A stretch of DNA of 64,000 bases from the human T2T-CHM13v2.0 reference genome, Homo sapiens. Under the pieces are notes generated by a model that was given only the letters and a program-made list of their open reading frames with translations, was not told the origin of the DNA and did not search any database. Position numbers and translations under genes: made by a program. The DNA is taken from assembly GCF_009914755.1 (NCBI RefSeq), contig NC_060927.1; one strand, given 5' to 3'. Within the stretch, counting starts at the first letter, position 1. The number at the start of each line of letters is the position of its first letter. Shown here one piece after another: positions 58,323 to 64,000 of the stretch.

Positions 58323-59518
58323 TGTTGTCAAGTCCAAAGCTTGTACTGCTCACTGCATGACAGCTATTGGTCGAAAGACAAGATGTTGGGGCAAGGGAAG
58401 AGATTTTATTTTGGAGGGCCAGCAAACTGAGATGGCAGACTAGTGTCCTAAAGAAACATGTTAAGCTAATATGAATTTAGGGCTCCCTTTATTTTAGGGA
58501 AATGGAGAAGATGCAGGGGGCTGAGGCCAAAAAGTGACAGATGACCACAGACATCTGAGTGGCAGTGAGGGTCAACTTCTTTTTCCTTGGTCCCGTCACA
58601 ATAATCTTATAAAATTTTAATATAACATTGTTACTTCTGTGTACCCCCTTGTTTTCTCCTGGGGTGTTAGTTTCGGGGAAGGGCTATTCTCATCCTTGCT
58701 TGAAAGTTAAACTATAAGCTAAATTTCTCCCATAGTTAGATTGGCCTATGTGCAGAGATAAGCAAAAACAGTTAACCTAAAAGATATTGATACAGGAGAC
58801 AGAAAGAAATTATTTAGGCAAACAGCGAGGGCAAAAGGGTCCTTGGTGGAATTACCCTTTTAACAAAAAGCAGCCCCAGAATTATTTCTTTTCCAACAAA
58901 AAGCGGCTTTAAAAAGTTGAGCTGCAGACGTAGATAAATAAGCAAGCTGGAAGCTTGCATGGGTGAATGCTGGCAGCTGTGCCAATAGAAAAGGGCTACC
59001 TGAGGGCCAGGTATGTTCAACATGGAGGCTTCATCTTGCCTTTTCTTTGTCACTACATATATGGTAAAGGAATAGGCAACATGGCACTGGCAGGTAGAGA
59101 ACACATCTGCATAATAAAAGATTAGGGTGGGGACGGCCAAATGGCATGCCTAGTCCTAAACCAGTTTTCAAGCCTTATGCAAATGGCACACCTGGTCCGA
59201 CCAATCTTTTGTGCCCTATGTTAATCAGACGCCACCTCCTCAAACTCATCTATAAAAACCCCTGCCTTTTGTTGTGGGCCAGAAACCCGCTCAGGACCCC
59301 TCTCTCTGCAGGAGAGAGCTCTTCTTTTTTGCCTATTTAACCTCCACTCTTAACCTCATTCCTTGTGTGTCCATGTCCTTGATTTCCTTGGCATGAGACA
59401 ATGAACCTTGGGTATTACCCCAGATGAATGATGTCGCTTCAATATCATCATGGGAGGCTGGACAGAAGGGGTGTGTGTGGAGGGAGTTAGTTGTGCTAGG
59501 CTTCCTTTTTATGTTACA
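58323..59518 (-). mobile_element. ERV1 solo LTR (LTR26/LTR62/64-like) hosting MER50, inside an LTR33-like 3' end
   Basis: Minus strand begins tgtaacataaaaaggaagcctagcacaactaactcc; TG...CA ends. Confidence 0.55.
58788..59441 (+). mobile_element. MER50-like ERV1 solo LTR
   Basis: tgatacaggagacagaaagaaattatttaggc...gtcgcttca; perfect TSD atat. Confidence 0.8.
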
Positions 59519-59570
59519 TGCCCATCATATTGAGTGTGCTCTCTGCTTCCTGATGGGACCCTGACTGATG

Positions 59571-60687
59571 TGACCAAACAGGTCCAGAGTACTCCACCTC
59601 AAAAGATGCCACTGTGGCATATTGAGTATTTTCAGGTAAAGGCAATCAAGAATCTGCAGCAGATACAGGAAGAGCTCTCTGCCCTCCCTTGATCTGCCTG
59701 AGAGCTGGGCATAAGTTGCCCTTCCTTTGTGAAGGTGACTCCCCACTAGCACCAGGAAGGGAAGAGTAGTAACTCTCATCAACAGAGTATAGGGAGTTGA
59801 CACAGAGACGAGTTTGCATAAACAGACCTTGTAAAAATAATGCTTACTGCAGAAGTGAGGGGAATTTTTCCCTTTACTTTCTGAAGATTCAATTCTTTAA
59901 GTCTGCTGAAATAAACTGGCAACAGACAGAGTAACAGGAGAAAAAGCATCCAAATTCATTTCAGTCGATGGTGTCATCACAGGCAAGTGAATACCCAATA
60001 ACCCAATGAGGTCTAGAAGCTCAAATGCCACTTTATGTTGTGGAAAAAAATGGGGAATGGAAGATTCCTGGAGGGTAGTTGTGACAACATATGTGAGGTG
60101 GGGGGAGGAAGGCTGTTTTTATGCACATAAGGTCTCCCAGGTAACAGCCATCAGAAAAAAAGGTGATTGCCTGTGGTAATCTCTGTCTTGAGGAGGTTTC
60201 AGACCTTTATCCATCTTTAGGCAGATAAAACGGCCTCAGAGAAAAATCTCTGCTTCCATCTGCAGTTTACCATACTAAGGTAGATCCACGTAAGTTTCCT
60301 TTAAGAAAGGACAGCTTTTCAGGTCTATTCCTGCCTGCAGTTCTCTGAATAGCCAGTTTGAAATATATCAAGGAAGTGTGTTCTGGGGTGGCATATTCTT
60401 GCCTTCCACATTAGCTTCCACTCGTTCCCCTACGAATTTCCTAGTCACTTCCTTACCCAGCACTGTCCCTCAAAGCCCAAAGCCCCTTTCATTCTTTAAA
60501 ATGGTATATAAGCCCCCAAGTCTAACCACTCTTTATTTCTACTTCTTTTCTATGAACCCTCATGTATGTAAATATTAATAAAAATTGTGTACCTTTTCAC
60601 CTGTTAATCTATCATTTGTCAGGTTAATTCACAGGCCCCCATTTACTGAACCAAAGAGCGTAGAGGAAAAGTTTTTCCTCCTAGACA
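59571..60687 (+). mobile_element. MER34/MER39-family LTR hosting an inverted LTR
   Basis: ccacctcaaaagatgccactgtggcatattgag...gaggaaaagtttttcctcctagaca. Confidence 0.65.
59848..60410 (-). mobile_element. MER34/MER39/LTR29-like solo LTR
   Basis: tgcagaag...ggggtggcatattcttgccttccaca; TSD ttac/ttag. Confidence 0.65.
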
Positions 60688-60829
60688 TAACTTTAGGTTC
60701 ACCTCAGCAGAGTGTGGAGAATATCACACAGCCAATTAGGAGGACAAATCTTGATTTTATTCCCTTTCCCTAGGTTCTGACCAATGGTACTGAACAAAAC
60801 CATCAGGAAGGCCACTGTTGATGGGGCAG

Positions 60830-61564
60830 TGTTGGAAATATAATAAAAAGCAAAATCTCCTGGCCAACACGGTGAAACCCCGTTTCTACTAAAAATGCAA
60901 AAATTAGCTGGACATGGTGAGGTGTGCCTGTAATCTCAGCTACTCAGGAGGCTGAGGCAGGAGAATCATTTGAACCCAGGAGGCTGAGGTTGCAGTGGTT
61001 GCCACTGCATTCCAGGCTGGGTGACAGAGCGAGACCCTGTCTCGAGAAAACCAAAAACCAAAAACCAGAAACAAAATCTCTTTTTTTCCCAACCCAACCC
61101 AGAAAATATCTCCACAAAGCTAAAAGAGAAAGAAAACAATTTGATTATTGAATGAGCATTAAACCAGATGTGATGCACATCACAGGCAATGCTGCTGAAA
61201 GGATTGTAAAGACAGAAAGAAATCTCACTCTTTTATGTAACTAAGTGGATGCAACCCATTCAATACATCAGGTAGGTTTTGCAATTTGGAGTCAAGTGAC
61301 AAGTTAAGCCTGTGCCCTCCCAGGAAACCGGGAGCTGGGATTTATCTTCCTTGATGATTACATTTCAAAGAGAAAGAGGTGGCTCCCAGGTCCTTGAGGA
61401 AATATTCTTGAGTTGTGAGACTGATCAGAGGCTATTTAGCCGTTCCAAAGATTTACATACATTTGAGAAGGACAGAAAAAGTAATTCTGAAAGAAAAGGA
61501 AGACAGGGAGAGAAGGCTCTTTCCTTATTTTCAACAGGGAGAAAAAAATGCTATTTGCCTTACA
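60830..61564 (-). mobile_element. MER89/MER90-like ERV1 LTR with a 5'-truncated Alu (60859-61066, +)
   Basis: ...ttccttattttcaacagggagaaaa...ccttaca; Alu TSD caaaatctc. Confidence 0.55.
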
Positions 61565-61947
61565 GAAGCCAAGGCCACACTCCAGCTGTGATACCAGGGA
61601 AAACGGGCGCAGCAAGGAAAAGGCCAAGGAGCTAAGGGTCCCTGCTCAGGTCCCTTGGGCACTGGCTCCTCCAGCCACCTACAGCAGGGACAGCTGTTGG
61701 CCTCTTGTTCAGCAATTTCAGAAGCAAAGAGAGGGCTCCCCTGCTCCCATACCTCTCTCTCTCTCACCTGTTCAGCCATTTCTCAAAATATCTGTTTTGG
61801 GTTCAGGACACGCGACTCCAAAATATGACTGTAGAAGACCAGAATAAGCTGCCTAGGCATATTGATTATTTTGAACTAAAAGAAATCAAGAACCAGCCAA
61901 CACAGTAAAAGCTCTTCATCTTCCCCTCCACTGTGTAAAACAGAACT

Positions 61948-62608
61948 TGAAACCGCCTTTGCAAAATGACTGAGACAGTGAGAGATCTAACTTAACCGAC
62001 CCCATTTTGCTTCTAACCTCCAAGCTGTCCTTGTTCATTCCTGGGCGTAAGCTGAACTAACTTTAGGAGAAACTTAGTTTATAGTTCTGTACCAGCCCTT
62101 TCCCAAAGCAGACGTCCTTCTTGCCTGGGGACTAGATTGCCTTTGTAGGACTAACGTTGGCCACAAGATTGGAAATTATGGTTTAGGAGTCATGCAGCTG
62201 GAGGCTGCAAGATTCTGACCCTCCCTAAACTGCTCCTCAGATAATTTGCTTGAGATATTTTGTAGACCTTGCACTTGATGGATCAGCTGACACCACCCAG
62301 ATGAATAAACTGGCTCATCTGATCTTGTGGCCCCCACCCAGGAATTGACTCAGCAAGAGAAGACAGCTCCTACTCCCTATGACTTCATTCCTGACCAATC
62401 AGCACTCCTGGCTCACTGGATTTCCCCCATCCACCAAGTTATCCTTAAAAACTTTAATGCTTGGGGAGACTGATATGAGTAATAATAAAACTCTGGTCTC
62501 CTGCACAGCGGCTCTGCGTAAATTACTCTTTCTCTGTTGCAATTCCTCTGTCTTGATGAATCGGCTCTGTCTAGGCAGCGGGCAAGGTGAACCCCTTGGG
62601 CAGTTACA
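61948..62608 (+). mobile_element. LTR8 ERV1 solo LTR
   Basis: tgaaaccgcctttgcaaaa...ggtgaaccccttgggcagttaca; perfect TSD aact. Confidence 0.88.
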
Positions 62609-62859
62609 AACTCCCCTTTTGTAGAGAGAAATGTATAAAGGAAATTTTCGTTAGTAAAGATATCTATACCAGGAAGAAAGCTGCTTTGAGCCAGCTTTTA
62701 TTACCTGAGACACTCTTATCTGCATAACAAGGTAACCTTTATTTCCACCATACATTTCCTCCCCTCACCCTCCTACGATCTGTCTCTACTGTTCCCTAGA
62801 AGCCCCAAACCCTTATGCCTTTCTGTAGTTCAGATTAAGTGTCAATCATCTGGCCTATC

Positions 62860-62987
62860 TTTTTTTTTTTTTTAAGAGAGAGATGGGGTCTTGCTATGTT
62901 GCCCAGGTTGGTCTCAAACTCCTGGGCTTAAGCAATCCTCCTGCCTCAGCCTCCCAAGTAGCTGGAATTACAGGCATGAGCCACTGT
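62860..62987 (-). mobile_element. FLAM-type Alu monomer
   Basis: Left-monomer-only sequence; TSD tggcc(ta/ct)tcttt. Confidence 0.8.
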
Positions 62988-63294
62988 AATTATAGAAGGG
63001 CCCACATTGGCCCTTCTTTGAGTCTTATGTTTTCATGGGGCTCCTGTGTGTGCATATGTACATAATTAAAATGGTTTCCTCCTGTTAACCTGTCTTATGC
63101 CAATTTAATTTGTAGACTAGTTCACTGAGGAGGGTAGACGGAAGCTATTTTCATTTCCCCTACACTTTCAACAGGAGCAGGGGTTGTGATGACTAGAGTG
63201 TGGGCTCCGGGGTCAGATGGTATTATGGGCTAAACTATGTCCCCCTAAAAAGATATGTTGAAGTCCTAATTCCCATTACGTCAGAATGTGACCT

Positions 63295-63954
63295 TGTGGC
63301 AGGCCAGGTCTCACTAATGCAGGCCTCCAGTACAACTGTCCCAGCACTGACTGAGTAGCTAGGTTAAACAGTAAAAGCTGATTGAGCCAGTGCTCTTATA
63401 AAGAGTCTGAAATATAGCAAAGAGCCCAGCAAGAGTTTTGCCTAGGCTTTTCCTGGGCCTTGAAGCATGACAATATAACAAAGGAATTCTTAACAGGACC
63501 TTTTTAGGATTAAACACGTTTTGTTGGGGGTCTGAAATAACTCCCCAGGCCTCCACAAACAAGTTTATTGGCATCTAAAGGAACTCCCCAAATCTTTATG
63601 ATTTAGCAGGAGACAAGATTAGGGTAATCACCCCAGCACCTAGACCCATTTAGACTAAGTAAACTTACTGAGGCTTCAGAGGAAGGTCTTCAGGACTCAG
63701 ACCTTAGTTATAGATTATAAGAAGTTAATCACTTACGTCTTTGAATAAATACACACTTACACATAGATGTACAGCTTAGAAGGTATATAAGCTCTGGAAA
63801 ACTTTATAATTTTGAGTTGGTCTGGCGATAATTTCCAGGCCTTCTCCCTGTAACCAGTTATGGAAATAAAGACTCTCTTCCTTCCCAGTTCATCTGCATC
63901 TCGTTATTGGGCCACGAGAAATAGCAGCCCAACCCTCAGTTTGGTCCAGAAACA
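63295..63954 (+). mobile_element. LTR15-like ERV1 LTR, preceded by an MLT1B/C 5' stub (~63220-63294)
   Basis: tgtggcaggccaggtctcactaatgcaggcctcc...cctcagtttggtccagaaaca; aataaa at ~63865. Confidence 0.65.
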
Positions 63955-64000
63955 CATCTTCAGCAAGAACCACAAGCAATTCCGCATAATCAGCTGGAAG

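Larger units (their letters stand above)
61793..63164 (+). mobile_element. MER34C-like LTR interrupted by LTR8 and a FLAM
   Basis: tgttttgggttcaggacac...caaaatatgactgtagaagaccagaata...tttcccctaca. Confidence 0.65.

Overview
Primate genomic DNA (AluJ/S/Y present, so catarrhine and most likely human). It is non-coding and repeat-dense, either intergenic or deep intronic. I see no host protein-coding exon, RNA gene, CpG island or CRISPR array. Nearly all ORFs in the track are chance or repeat-derived. The only clear protein-like sequences are fossils: a full-length but dead Hsmar1 mariner transposase (2858-4139, minus) and the pol/integrase/dUTPase end of a HERV-L provirus (36917-40352, minus). 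The rest is about 20 Alu/FLAM copies, many MaLR/ERVL/ERV1 solo LTRs (often nested), hAT/Tigger elements and MIR/L2/L1 fragments. Repeat families were recognised from remembered consensus sequences, so subfamily names are provisional; target-site duplications (TSDs) and terminal inverted repeats (TIRs) were read directly from the sequence. I found no new biological system. The most interesting signals are four unusual DNA-movement events: (1) an inverted ~190-bp templated copy of a MIR-Alu junction pasted 2.4 kb away inside an MLT1 LTR; (2) an L1PA8-type 3' transduction of ~530 bp inside a MER65-like LTR; (3) a one-LTR HERV-L that keeps a perfect 5-bp TSD at an internal CA end; (4) an Alu followed by an L1 fragment and a second poly(A), all within one apparent TSD.
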